In this document: piece after piece, positions 1 to 12,022 of the stretch
Position numbering within the stretch: the stretch's first letter is position 1
How the letters are laid out: every line of letters begins with the position of its first letter
Assembly (NCBI GenBank): GCA_965603825.1
Contig: CBFDEM010000048.1
Coordinates: forward strand, 428,918-492,917
Reading direction: 5' to 3'
Source: Blepharisma stoltei ATCC 30299
Lineage: Eukaryota; Protista; Ciliophora
DNA length: 64,000 bases
Notes under the pieces: generated by a model
What the model was told of the DNA's origin: nothing
Seen by the model: the letters and a program-made list of their open reading frames with translations, nothing else
Databases searched by the model: none
Program-made: the position numbers and the translations under genes

Positions 1-203
1 CTAGCTGAAAGCTTGTGTTTTTGATGTTGCTTTTCGATTCTTTTTGCATCTCCGAAAACAGATTGCTGACGGAGATGTGCAAGCTTGTCCATGAATCCTT
101 TAGTGTCTGGACATGATGCTGGTTGAACAGCGAGCTGCTTTGCTAAACCTTCATTTAGCCTTTGGAAGCGAAAAGAGGATGCCCTCCTCACCAATCGATA
201 CAT
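1..203 (-). CDS. PCCB: Propionyl-CoA carboxylase beta chain, second tandem copy (5' end only; continues beyond the window)
   Basis: 1-203 is near-identical to 2298-2500. It reads MYRLVRRASSFRFQRL... versus MYRLVRRGASFRFQKL...; ATG is the CAT at 201-203. Confidence 0.85.
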   Translation of the reverse strand, partial: MYRLVRRASSFRFQRLNEGLAKQLAVQPASCPDTKGFMDKLAHLRQQSVFGDAKRIEKQHQKHKLSA

Positions 204-886
204 ATTTTAATAGTAAATGGGATTATTCAAATAGATCAAGAATTACTGAATTTCTATATGATACTGAAATTAGCTATTTTAATTTATTATATTTTGCAAG
301 TAAACTTAATTTTGAGCCTGCATTTTATTTCAGATAAAAGTTTATAAAGTAAATTCCAGACATATTATTTATAAAAATATCTCTGGTATCAGAAACTTTG
401 ATATGCTTGCCAAATGCATAGATTTTCACGTTAAATTAATTATCTTAGGTATCAATGACTTCAGCATCAAAAAAGTATTATTAATAGAACTGGAATTAAA
501 ATTTTATCCATAGAATTTAATTTCATTGAATTATTCCTGAATTTATATCGCTGCTCAAGCTTGTGCTAAATTGTATATGCTCATCTGTTATTTATTTATA
601 AAGTTGATTTAGATTATAAAGTCCAGAAAAATTCATGTAAGCGAGCAATAAAAGTTTTTTTCAGGGATAAATCCAATATTATTTTATGCGACATAATCAT
701 CTGTAAAACCAAATAAACTAAAAATTTAAAAGTGAAAGTATATTTTAATCAGTAAAAGATATTTTAATTAACTCTATGTGATGCTATAAAAAATTAAATT
801 TATCAGTGCTATATTAGCATATCTATTATCAATCAATTTTAAAAATTAATTTCAAAGTCAATTTGCCCATTTTTAATTTGGTTAAC

Positions 887-2500
887 TTAAAGTGGGACAT
901 TCCCATGCTTCCTCCAAGGTCTTTCAACTTTCTTAGTTTTCAGAAGTCTCAAATCTTGGATAAGTCTCTTTCTGGTATCTCTAGGAGTCAAAATTTCATC
1001 AATAAATCCTCTCTGTGCTGCAATTAGAGGATTGGCGAATTTTTCTTCGTATTTCTTAGTTTCAGCAGGAATATCTCCTCCTCTGAAAATAATTTCACAA
1101 GCTCCTTTAGCTCCCATGACAGCGATTTCTCCAGTTGGCCATGAATAGTTGAAATCTCCTTTCAAGTGTTTGGAGTTCATCACACAGTAAGCTCCACCAT
1201 AAGCTTTTCTTGTAATGATTGTGATCTTTGGTACTGTAGCTTCTGAATAAGCGTAAAGGATTTTAGCACCGTGGGTAATGATACCATTGTGTTCTTCATG
1301 GACTCCTGGCAAATACCCAGGAACATCTTCGAAAGTGACAATCGGAATGTTGAATGAGTCACAGAATCTGATGAATCTTGCAGCTTTAATTGAAGAAAGT
1401 CTGTCTAAAACACCAGCTAATGATTGTGGCTGGTTTGCTATGAATCCGACCGTCTCAGTTCCAAGTCTTCCAAATCCAACAAGAATGTTTTTAGCGTAGT
1501 CAGGCTGAACTTCTAAGAAATATTCATCATCGCAGATTGATTTGAGGACGACTCTCATATCGTAAGGCTTATTAGGATCTTCTGGGACAAATTTGTCGAG
1601 AACTGGGATTTCTCTATCGAAAGGATCTGCTGTTGGTTTTGGAGTAGCTTTTTCTCTATTTGAGCTTGGTAAGAAACCTAAGAAATTTCTAACAAACATT
1701 AAAGCTTCAACATCGTTATTCAATGCGAAATGTGAGACACCAGATTTTGAGCTGTGAACTTTAGCTCCACCGAGGCCTTCCATATCGATTTCTTCGTGGG
1801 TCACTGCCTTTACGACATCTGGACCTGTCACAAACATAAAGGAAGAGTTTTTAACCATAAAGATAAAATCTGTTAATGCAGGAGAATACACAGCTCCTCC
1901 AGCACAAGGTCCCATAATCATGGAAAGTTGAGGGATAACACCTGAGGCTTGAACATTGTTGTAGAAAATGTCAGAGTAGCCTCCGAGTGACTGTACTCCT
2001 TCTTGGATTCTAGCTCCACCGCTGTCGTTGAGTCCAATAATTGGAGCTCCTACATTTAATGCTTTTTCTTGAACTTTGCATACTTTCTCAGCAACGGTTT
2101 CTGATAAGGTGCCTCCGCCAACAGTAAAATCGTAGCTGTATACAAAGACCAGTTTTCCATCAACATAGCCATGTCCAGAAACTAATCCATCACCTGGATG
2201 TTTGGTTTTTTCCATTCCGAAATCTGTACATCTGTGAGTCACTAACTGATCGTATTCGACAAATGTGCCAGGATCTACGAGCAATTCAACTCTTTCTCTA
2301 GCTGAAAGCTTGTGTTTTACATGCTGCTTTTCGATTCTTTTTGCATCTCCGAAAACAGATTGCTGACGGAGATGTGCAAGCTTATCCATAAAACCTTTGG
2401 TATCTGGACATGATGCTGGTTGAACAGCGAGCTGCTTTGCTAAACCTTCATTTAGCTTTTGGAAGCGGAAAGAGGCTCCTCTCCTCACCAATCGATACAT
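887..2500 (-). CDS. PCCB: Propionyl-CoA carboxylase beta chain, mitochondrial
   Basis: 537-aa ORF with carboxyltransferase motifs DSGGARIQEG, GPCAGGAVYSPALTDF and RKAYGGAY, the C-terminal PWRKHGNVPL, and an Arg-rich N-terminal targeting-like peptide. Confidence 0.95.
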   Translation of the reverse strand: MYRLVRRGASFRFQKLNEGLAKQLAVQPASCPDTKGFMDKLAHLRQQSVFGDAKRIEKQHVKHKLSARERVELLVDPGTFVEYDQLVTHRCTDFGMEKTKHPGDGLVSGHGYVDGKLVFVYSYDFTVGGGTLSETVAEKVCKVQEKALNVGAPIIGLNDSGGARIQEGVQSLGGYSDIFYNNVQASGVIPQLSMIMGPCAGGAVYSPALTDFIFMVKNSSFMFVTGPDVVKAVTHEEIDMEGLGGAKVHSSKSGVSHFALNNDVEALMFVRNFLGFLPSSNREKATPKPTADPFDREIPVLDKFVPEDPNKPYDMRVVLKSICDDEYFLEVQPDYAKNILVGFGRLGTETVGFIANQPQSLAGVLDRLSSIKAARFIRFCDSFNIPIVTFEDVPGYLPGVHEEHNGIITHGAKILYAYSEATVPKITIITRKAYGGAYCVMNSKHLKGDFNYSWPTGEIAVMGAKGACEIIFRGGDIPAETKKYEEKFANPLIAAQRGFIDEILTPRDTRKRLIQDLRLLKTKKVERPWRKHGNVPL

Positions 2501-2905
2501 ATTTTAATAGTAATGGGATCCTTAAATAGATATAGGATTACTGAATTTTTTATATGGTGTTTGATAAATAAGCTTAGAATTTATTTTACTTAAATTTACT
2601 TAGAAAATAATTCAACTTATGATTCAATTACTGACTTTTAGCCTAAATTTTCAAAAGGGAACCAGTGGACATATTATTTAAGAAAATCTATTTTGAGATC
2701 AGAAACTATTTTATATCAATTAAGTGCTTCTAGCTGAAATGACAATTTCCTCAAAAAATTTTCTCACTACTCCTAAATTAAAATCCTTCATCAGCTATTA
2801 ATCCATTAAAAATATTCTCAAAATTTTTAAGGCGATATTAATTATACAATTTCATAATTAATTACTCTTAGCCTTATCCATAAAATTATCAATTTGTATG
2901 AACAT

Positions 2906-3256
2906 TTAATTATGCATTAGCCTAAAGAATTCTTTTGGCCCAGAAAGCTCGCCTTCTACTAAGCTTCCATACAGAGAAGATGAAGGGGTTGATATAAGGA
3001 ATGCATTTTCATATTCCCCTCTCATAAGAGAGCCTCCAAAAGATTTAATTGATAGCGTTGATAGTGACCTCATATGAGAAATATTTTTTGCTTTTCATTT
3101 TCCCGATACTATTTGCGATGTATTTTGTGATGATAAGCTTATATCGTCGAATTCTTCGTCAGCAGATTTTTTAAATTCATATTGGCTCTGTTCTACAGCG
3201 TTTTCAATTTGAATTAACTCTCCTTTATCTGGCTTATTACACTGACAACAGCCCAT
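2906..3256 (-). CDS. Small hypothetical protein (116 aa) with an N-terminal MGCC dual-acylation motif
   Basis: Open ATG-to-TAA when one TGA is read as Trp: MGCCQCNKPDKGELIQIENAVEQSQYEF...FFRLMHN*. Absent from the ORF track. Confidence 0.65.
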
Positions 3257-3899
3257 TGTTTCTCAATTCTTTAATTTATTATAAATTAATCGTTATGATA
3301 TAGCGGTTATGCATTATTATTTATGGTCGAGGATAAGCAAAGAGAAGTATTATGGACTGTTAGATGAGGGAGAAGAAATTGATAAATTCATTGCATATTT
3401 AATAAAAATAACTTTTATGGAAAATATTTCGTAAATGAAAATATTCGATTAATATATTGGAATCTTAGGGAATAAGCAAATAATTTATCATTGTGAAAAA
3501 TTATTAGTGCAATAATTCTTTAATTTAAATCAACCAAAGCTCAATAAGCCAAAGTATTTTTCTAAAAAAAGCTAAAAATTAGCAGAGGCATTATTTAGCT
3601 TAAAATCATATACAAAATATAATATAAAAATGGTTCATCATATTCCAGAATTATTCTTAAACTGACCTTGCAAATAATCCTGAATCAAAAAACTTACAAA
3701 AAATTTCTTTTAATTTTTTAAAGAAATGCTAATTAGCTGTATTTTTATTCATAATCCATTAATATTATGTTTTATAAGATTAGTACAAGAATTAAGCTTC
3801 TGATACTTCAGAGGCTAAAATTTTATTGCCTTTTTCTAATGTAAATTCATATCTTCTATTTAAGTGATTGAAATAATATAAATTCATTTATAAAAATTA

Positions 3900-4565
3900 A
3901 TGAACTCCTCAGGTGACTCAACTCCTAGATCTGACACAAATCGCTTCCGTATGCTTAAATTTTTAAGGATAGGCTTTAGCCTAATATTGCTATCAATATT
4001 TATTGTTGGTATCTTCAGGACTTCCTTCTATTTTTTTATTTATTTGACAAATTGGGGTCTCACATTAACAGCAATATATTTCCTAGTTTCATCAATATCC
4101 TATTATTATTCCAAGTACATGCCTGCTACTTTTATCCTTTTCGAGACAGTATGATGTATTGGGTGGTGCATTTTTGTGGTATTCTGGGGTATTGTTGGTC
4201 CTCTAAAAGGCCATGATATTATTACTGATATTTTATTGCATATTTTGCCTATTGTTCTTGTGATTATTGATTTTGCCTTAAATGAGATAATCATGTCACG
4301 AAAACACTGCGTGTTTCCTATTGGAGTTAGCATGGTTTATTTGATTTGCATAAATGTGCCATATTCAATCGCAGTACACGAGGTTTACCCTTTGATGAAT
4401 TATAAGAATGTATGAACTTACTTGATATTGTTTTTAAGTTTGGCTATCCAAATATCTGCACTTGAAATAGGAATCTGGATTAAAAGAAAACAAATAGGGA
4501 ATCAAAGAATTCTAGAACTTGAACTTGAGGGTGCCAAAGTGATTTCTTCAGTTCAAAACGTATAA
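3900..4565 (+). CDS. Multi-pass membrane protein, FAR-17a/AIG1/rolling-stone-like (221 aa)
   Basis: ORFs 3900-4154 and 4176-4415 share a frame and join through TGA=Trp to TAA at 4563-4565. Motifs FIYLTNWG and LLHILP; several hydrophobic helices. Confidence 0.75.
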
Positions 4566-5100
4566 TTAGGATAAATATTAGAGCATTTCAGTAAATTTTC
4601 CCTTAATAACATTATTGCTAAATTATTAATTTCTTAGATATACTCAAATTCCCATTGTCTTCTAAAATGGTTGCTTTACGAAAAGCAAGCTATTATAAAT
4701 TGTATTTGAAATTAAATATAAAGTTAAAGACAAGAAAAGAGCTAATTTGAATTCAAAACTAGATCCTTTTACAAGCAATCTTTAAAAATTAATCTTTTCA
4801 TTGCTTATCTGTTTTAAATTATTAATAATTCTAGGTGTTTTTAATCAGAAGTTTTTTATAAAATTTAAAGAATCAGAAAATTAATTTTTAGCGACAGATT
4901 TTATTTTCCTAAGTAAAACCATGCTTTGAAGCCTTATTTAACCTGCTTAATTCCTTTTTAATCCTATAAGTATATAAATTTATTGCCTGACCTGAAGAAA
5001 CTTGCCATTTATTAGAAGTTTATTACTAGTAACTATATTAACTGATATTTAAAGTTACATGATAAAAATTATATGGCCATTAAAAGGTATTATAAACAAT

Positions 5101-5698
5101 ATGGACCTTGATAATAAAGAATCCCTGATCTCAAATAACAGCTGGGCTAATAACGTTCTTCCACCTCCTACTGGTATAGAAAATGTTGTCTGAATTCCAT
5201 TTTATCAGAATCCATTTACTGGAGAGCTTTCTCCAGTACTTGCTGACAAAATAAATCAAAAAGTGCCCGAATTAAATTTAAATGATACATTATTCCTTAG
5301 TAAAGGAGGCTCCAGAGATCTTCTTTGAAAAATTGAGGAAGATGAAATTATTCGTCACTTTGTCAGTAGAGGAAATCAGTCCTGGACTTTCATAGCCAAA
5401 TTCATAAATAATCAAATTTATGGAGGCAATCTTTTACGAAAAGGAAAGCACATAAGAGAGAGATGGATCAATCATTTAAATCCTGAATTAAAAAGTAAAA
5501 GATAATTTAGAATGCGAATGAACCAAAGAAGAAGATCTGCAACTTTTAGGTTTAGTAGGGAAATACGGGACGAAATGAAGCAAAATTTCCAGGGAAATGA
5601 TTGGGAGAACAGAAAACTCGGTTAAAAATAGGTGGAATAGCTTAAATAAAAAATGTAAGGATATCAAAGAAAGCATATGGTGCAAAACTTCGAATTAA
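5101..5698 (+). CDS. Two-repeat Myb-domain transcription factor (193 aa; 16-nt intron 5495-5510)
   Basis: LLWKIEEDEII...RKGKHIRERWINHLNPELK, intron GTAAAAGATAATTTAG, then CEWTKEEDLQLLGLVGKYGTKWSKISREMIGRTENSVKNRWNS. Several Myb Trp residues are TGA. Confidence 0.9.
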
Positions 5699-6654
5699 AA
5701 AAATAAAATTAATTCTGATGAAATTATTATTTTATTATTAAATTTTAAAGAATCTTTTATGAATGTCATAATTTCGATTAAATTTTTATTTTCATTTTAA
5801 CTAAAAAACTACTGGATAATTACGCAGCCTAAGGTCTCTAGAGCATATTTATTTTATTACTAGAAAAGAAAAATCTAAAGGCATTTTATATATGAATGAT
5901 GAATTATCCTTATGGCATATATAATAATTGTCAATAATCTTAGTAAGATTGGAACGTAAAATAAGGATTTCTCTAATGTTTGAAAGTATAAAGGATTATT
6001 TATTATGTCTTAGCATGCCTTAAGGTGTAAGAGTTATAGCAAGTATTTTTCCTGGCTAATTAATTGGTTGCAGTTAGTAGTAGAGATATGCAAATGAAAA
6101 TTACAGCTTGACAAATTAAATTTCTATAAGGACTTTACGTTTGGCTGTTTAATGCAAATTATTGATGATGTCTCGTTAACCTTCTTATGAATGTCAATAG
6201 AATAAATTCTCTTATTCAGAAGTAAAATGCTGCGGATAGTAGAGGGTGAATGCTGCAAGCTCCAGCTAAATCGCTCCAAAGAAAAGCATTTTCAATTGGA
6301 GAGATCCCTACTTTTCGTATCTAATTTGATTTCACTTTGCTCTGATCATCTTTTGAGATAGTAAAATAGATTGGCAAGCCACAAAAGCAACTTCTGAAGG
6401 TATACCGCTTCCTCATTTCATTATCCACTTATCTTGGCCCTGCCGGCAAAAGATATGCATTTAGCTGTCCTAGGAATTAAGCCGAAACAATGAATCTCAA
6501 CCTCCCGCCCCTAGTATTAGTGCTACTGATTATAACCAAACACTTCATATACCCAACACTGAGAAAACATTTCATTCGTTTCTTCTATGTATATCTATAA
6601 ATCTTTTTAAAAATAGTAGTGTCATGAAATAAAAATTTGACTGTAAATCTAAAT

Positions 6655-8199
6655 ATGTCTGAATTTAGAACTTTTCCATCAGGAAGATCGATCACACCCA
6701 TTATGAAGTCAAAAAACCCCAAGGTCATGATAACTCAAAACGAAGCTAGCCATTTTAGTGACCCAGAAAATGATGATATTTTAGATAATGACGAAGAAAC
6801 TAAAGAAGTGGCCGCGCAGCTTATGATGATTAGAAAAAGACATGATAAAACTAAAGAAGCCAATGCTAAAAAACGACAATATTTAGAAAAAATCAAAAAA
6901 GAGCTAGAAAAAGCTAATTCTGTCGCAAATATCGCAGAAAATGATTCAAAAAATTTACAACAAAAATTAGAGCAATTAAAAATTGCTCTTGAAAATACTA
7001 GAAAAAAGCATGAAGACGAAATAAGAGACAAAAAAACTTATTTGCATGTATTAGATAGAATGAAAAAAGATAAAATTTCTATGGAAATAAAATCAAACTC
7101 TTTACAATTAGGCTTAAAATCTGCCAAACAAATTTTAGACCTAGAAACAGAAAAATACAGAAAAATGAGAGAAACTAAATACCAGTCGAAATTTTTGCTG
7201 CAGGATATGAAGGATGGATTAATGCAAGAGAAAAAACAAAAAGACGACCGCATACAGCAGCTTGAAAAAAATGTAAAACTGCGACAAGAAGCTGCTTTAA
7301 GAAGAGAAGAACGTCAAAAACGCCAAGCCGATATCGCTGAAGCAGCTGCTAATGATGATAAAGATTCCCATGAGGTAAAGCTGAGGGAAAGTCTCCTCAT
7401 GCATAGATTTTGGTATACCATTTTGCAACGTAAATTAGATGCTGAAATGCAAAAAGCTATAGGTGTTGAACAAGCTTTTCAAAAAATTAGAGCTGCCACT
7501 GGGCTCATGGACGTCCAAGATATTGTGGAGCGTTTTCTAACCCGAGAACAGACGTATACTCAGCTTCTAAATGCGGTCTCTGAAGCAGAACAAAAATTAG
7601 ACACTTTACGACAGCAAAATTCAGCAGCTAGAAACCAACTACAAGGCCTTCAACTTCAAGATGGTGGAAATTCACGAAAAGTTTACGCTGACATAGACGC
7701 GATGGAAGACCAGCTAGCTGGGTCTCATAAAGAATATTCCCTTAATAAAGAAAAACTAGGCAAGGCTGTAAGGGTTTATGATCAAGTTTTAAACTGGGGA
7801 GAAAAAATTATGCATACTTTAGATATACCAAATAGCTTAGAAATCGCCCCAGGAAGCCGAATTTCTGAAACCAAAGATACGCTTCATGATATGCTTGAGC
7901 TGATTTATGCAAAACTTGAAGATCTTGTCCAGCCAATTCAAGAGAAAAAAGAAGAATCAAGAAAAGCAATGGAGGCTTATGCACATAAAAAAACAGCGGA
8001 CTTAGTGGTAAGGGCTATTTAGGCTGAAATGAGCACACAGGAAGCATTAGCTAAGATTGTAAGGGTGAAACCAGAAGTTTTTAATGTGGAAGCGGAAGAA
8101 GAAGGGCTCTTTGAAGCTGATGAAGAGCTGGAAGTGGAGAAAAAAGAACCAGAAGAAGAAACGGTAAGGAAGAAAAACTCAACAAGAAGGCATAGATAA
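6655..8199 (+). CDS. Coiled-coil protein resembling outer dynein arm docking complex subunits (15-nt intron 8008-8022)
   Basis: Long coiled coil with AFQKIRAATGLMDVQDIVERFLTREQ. Removing GTAAGGGCTATTTAG extends the frame through an acidic tail to TAA at 8197-8199. Confidence 0.7.
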
Positions 8200-8984
8200 T
8201 TTTTATATATTTTTCAAAATAAAAATTATTAAAACTGAAATGAATTTTAATTAAAATATCATTGAAAGGCTGTGTCATTTGCATTGTTCAATTTATTAGA
8301 ATCTATACATTAAACCATATAAACAGAAGATCAAATATTCAAAGAAATTAAATAAATTATGCTCCTATTTTTGCTTTTATGGCTTCCAGCATATTGACCA
8401 TGCCTTTCATTCTCGTCTCCAGATCCATTCTAAAAAGCAATAAAATCTTTACATTAAACTCAATACCATTATTACTTCATGTTTTTGATATTTTTCCAAT
8501 GTCTCCATTTTTCCATTCAAATAATTTGCGACTTTGCCGCTTTTCCATCAAATCCCTTCTATTTATTCTTTCGTTTTACTCATCCCCTTGTTCTATTTCG
8601 GACATCTCATTATTAATCAAATCAATTTTTTAATGAAAAACTTTGCCACATATCAGCGATATCACTATCTTGGAAAATGCCAAATATCTGCTGATACATT
8701 AATTTTCCCTCAGGATTTATTTCGCAAGTTTTGACTTCGCCTGTAGCATATATGATTTATATATATAAAATTATTTTTTATTGACCCAATTTCCATTTAT
8801 CTTTATTAGTTTAAAAAATTTGCTGCTTGCTATTTGAATTTCTTTCTTGCTTAATATATCTTCTTTTACCAATTTACTCATACAAAAGTTAAGCACTGCT
8901 ATAAAACATTTCTCTGATAAGTAAATTACATTATTTTTTATCTATCTATAAATTATTTATTACTATTTCATTGACAAAATGTCA

Positions 8985-9689
8985 TTATTCCCTATCATCA
9001 TCTGATAAGACATAATCCACAAGGCTCCTACACAATTCTTCAGTTTCACAACTATTCCTACCAGACCACCACCTTTTGAATTCACTTTCAGTGAATTCTG
9101 ATGAGCTCGAATCCGGCTCTATAATAACCGTTGCCGAATTGCCCATCTCATCTTTTGGCGTGGCTCTTTTGCATTCAACCCATCTCTCATGAATAAAATT
9201 GTTGGAAAAATTTCTCATAACTTTTTCTACTGATTCTTGTTTATAAAAAGTTACAAATCCGAAACCTCTAGGTTTCCCTGTAACTCTGTCTTTCATAACA
9301 ACACTATCTTCGATTTCTCCGAATTGTTGAAAAAATTGGAAAAATTCAGAATTAGTGATTTCTGGAAGCAAACCCCCTACAAAAATTTTCCGACTTCGGT
9401 TGTTTTTTTCACTTTTATCTTTTGGAACTGCTGGCTTGCATTCTACTTCTTTACCTAAAATTGAGTGCTTTCTATTTAATATAACCTTAACAGAGCTTTG
9501 GTTTATCATAGTAATGAAACCGAAGCATCTAGAACGGCCTGTATTTTTATCAAGAATTAAGGAGCATTTTTCAACCCTCCCAAATCTACTGAAATAATTT
9601 TTTATTTCTTCCTCTTTTATCTCTGATGGAAGGCCGCCTATAAATAATTTTTTGCTGAATAAGGGTTACTCGTGCATTTTGGTGGTCAT
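8985..9689 (-). CDS. Two-RRM RNA-binding protein, Musashi/DAZAP1/hnRNP-A-like (15-nt intron 9655-9669)
   Basis: RRM1 KLFIGGLP...TGRSRCFGFITM and RRM2 KIFVGGL...TGKPRGFGFVTF. Intron GTAACCCTTATTCAG removes an in-frame TAA near the start. Confidence 0.9.
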
Positions 9690-10107
9690 TTTATATATTG
9701 AATTATTGGTATAAGATAAATCTGAGCCTAAAATAGGGTGAAAAATAGAGAATATGAGAAGCAAGGAATAAAAATATTTTTAATTTGACAACAGCTTTTA
9801 AAGGCAAAATAGATAAAAAAGCAAGCAGAAAAATTTACATAATTCATAATTACTAAGTCAATATTTTTATCTAAAATTCAAAAACACTTTCAGCCTAATA
9901 TAAGCCAATAAACTCGCGTAATTTTATAAGCAATTATGGAGTCAATATGACTGAAAACTATTAATTATGCCATATTAAGAAATACAATTAGTCACATCTA
10001 AAAGATAAACTAGTAAAACCTAAACACCAACAAAAAAGCAAGAAAATTGCCTACATCAGTTATTAAAATGTTAAAAATGGCTAAAAATAATAGCATTATC
10101 ATTTTGC

Positions 10108-11793
10108 ATGGCAGAATTTAAACCTATATTTCTTTCTAAAGAAGAGAGAGCAAAACTCAAAAAAGAACTAGAAGAAACCCAAAAAGTTCCTCAGCCTGCT
10201 TCAAAGCCTCGTTCCCGCTCTCCACGAAAAGAAGAAAAATCAATCCCAGTCAATCATGAATTTGATTCTATTAAATCTAGATATTTAGGCCAAAATAAGC
10301 CAGCCCCTACTATTCAAAAACCCAGTGAAAAATTCAGACAGGTTTTTAAATTTGAATGAGACCCAACTGAGGACACAACTTTTATTGAAAATTCTCTAAA
10401 TCCTGAAAGAATTCCATTTGGCATCAAATCTAAACAAAATAGCAGAGATATAGTTAGCGAAGAAATAAAAGAAGAAAATAAGCATGCTTCTTTAATGACA
10501 GACAGAGACTGGAAAATCTTTAGAGAAAATAATGAAATTTATGTGAGAGGGCAAAACATCCCACCTCCAATAAGGACTTGAAGTGAATCAAATTTAAGCC
10601 AGGATTTATTAAGCGCTATCAGACGAGCCGGATATGCAAGTCCACTACCTATACAAATGCAAGCTATCCCTATAGGCCTCCAACGAAGCGATTTAATAGC
10701 TTTAGCACCTACTGGCAGTGGAAAATCAGCAGCTTACTTAATTCCTATGATTTCTACCATAGCAAAATTCCCAAAAATAAATGATCAAACCGCATTAGAT
10801 GGGCCTTATGGCATTATTTTATCTCCTACACGTGAGCTTGCTCAACAAATCCATCAAGAAGCCACAAAGCTTACAAAATCCTCTGACATAAAATGCTATT
10901 GCTTACTAGGAGGCAAGGACTTAGAAATCCAATCAGCTGAGTTAACAAGAGGCTATGAAATAATTATAGCAACGCCTGGCCGATTTTTGGAATGCTTACA
11001 ACACCAATATTTAGTCCTTAATCAATGCTTATGGGTTGTTATTGATGAAGCCGACAAAATGATTTTATTAGAGCTTCAAGAGACCCTTGATAAAATTTTG
11101 AATTGTATTCCAAAAGAATTATGAAAAGAAAATAATGAAAATGAAGAAAATAAAACTTATAAGCTTACTTTTAATTTATTTTCTGCCACTATGGATAGTG
11201 AAATTGAAAATTTATGAAAAAAATATTTAAAAAATCCTGGGTATGTATCTATTAAAGAGCCTGGGACTGGGTCATCAAAAATTACACAAAGTTTAAAATT
11301 TTTAAGAGAAAATGATAAAAGAAGGGAAATTAAAAGAATTTTAGAAAAAGCAAAACCACCGATTATTGTTTTTGTAAATCACAAAAATGAAGCTGATGAG
11401 TTATCGAGATTTTTGCAAAAATTTGGGTGAAGAGTTGGGTGTTTGCATGGTGGCAAAAACCAAGAAGCAAGAGAGGCTACAATGGAAGGGTTCAGAAGTC
11501 ACAAATTCCAAATATTAGTGACTACAAATTTAGCGTCTCGTGGGATTGATGTCAAAGATTTACAGCTTGTAATTAATTATGATTGCCCTACAACAATTAC
11601 TGACTATGAGCATAGAATTGGTAGGACTGGTAGAGTAAATAACTTAGGGAAGGCGATAACCTTTGTAACTCCTCAAGATGAAGAAATGTTTGCCCCATTG
11701 AAAAGCTTTTTAGAAAACAATTCCCAAGTAATTCCTCATGAATTAGCAAACCATCCCAGACTTAAAAATGGTGATGACATAATATTGAATTAA
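10108..11793 (+). CDS. DDX23: DEAD-box spliceosomal RNA helicase Prp28/DDX23 (561 aa)
   Basis: Three same-frame ORFs join via TGA=Trp. Motifs FKFEWDPTEDT, DRDWKIFRE, PIRTW, QAIPIGLQ, APTGSGKS, PTRELA, DEAD and HRIGRTGR. Confidence 0.9.
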
Positions 11794-12022
11794 ATTCGCA
11801 ATAAATTATTAAAAGCACTAACAAATTGCCTAAGATTATTCTATTTAAACGAACCTTTACTAATCGCGATACCCATTATCTTAATTTTTATAAAAAATGT
11901 AACCTCTATATTTTATATCAACGAAAAATATAAAATTATAATCATTCTCCTCACAAAGTCATCGATTTTCTATTGTTTTCCATAATAATTCCAGTAATTT
12001 CAATTATAAATATATAATAGAA

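Noticed and set aside
113-347. Plus-strand ORFs of 74 and 61 aa
   Set aside because: They are antisense to the PCCB 5' end and run into its upstream region.
8357-8760. Possible minus-strand gene ending ...MVNMLEAIKAKIGA*
   Set aside because: It has coding-like composition, but I could not build a frame without stops or frameshifts and recognised no domain.
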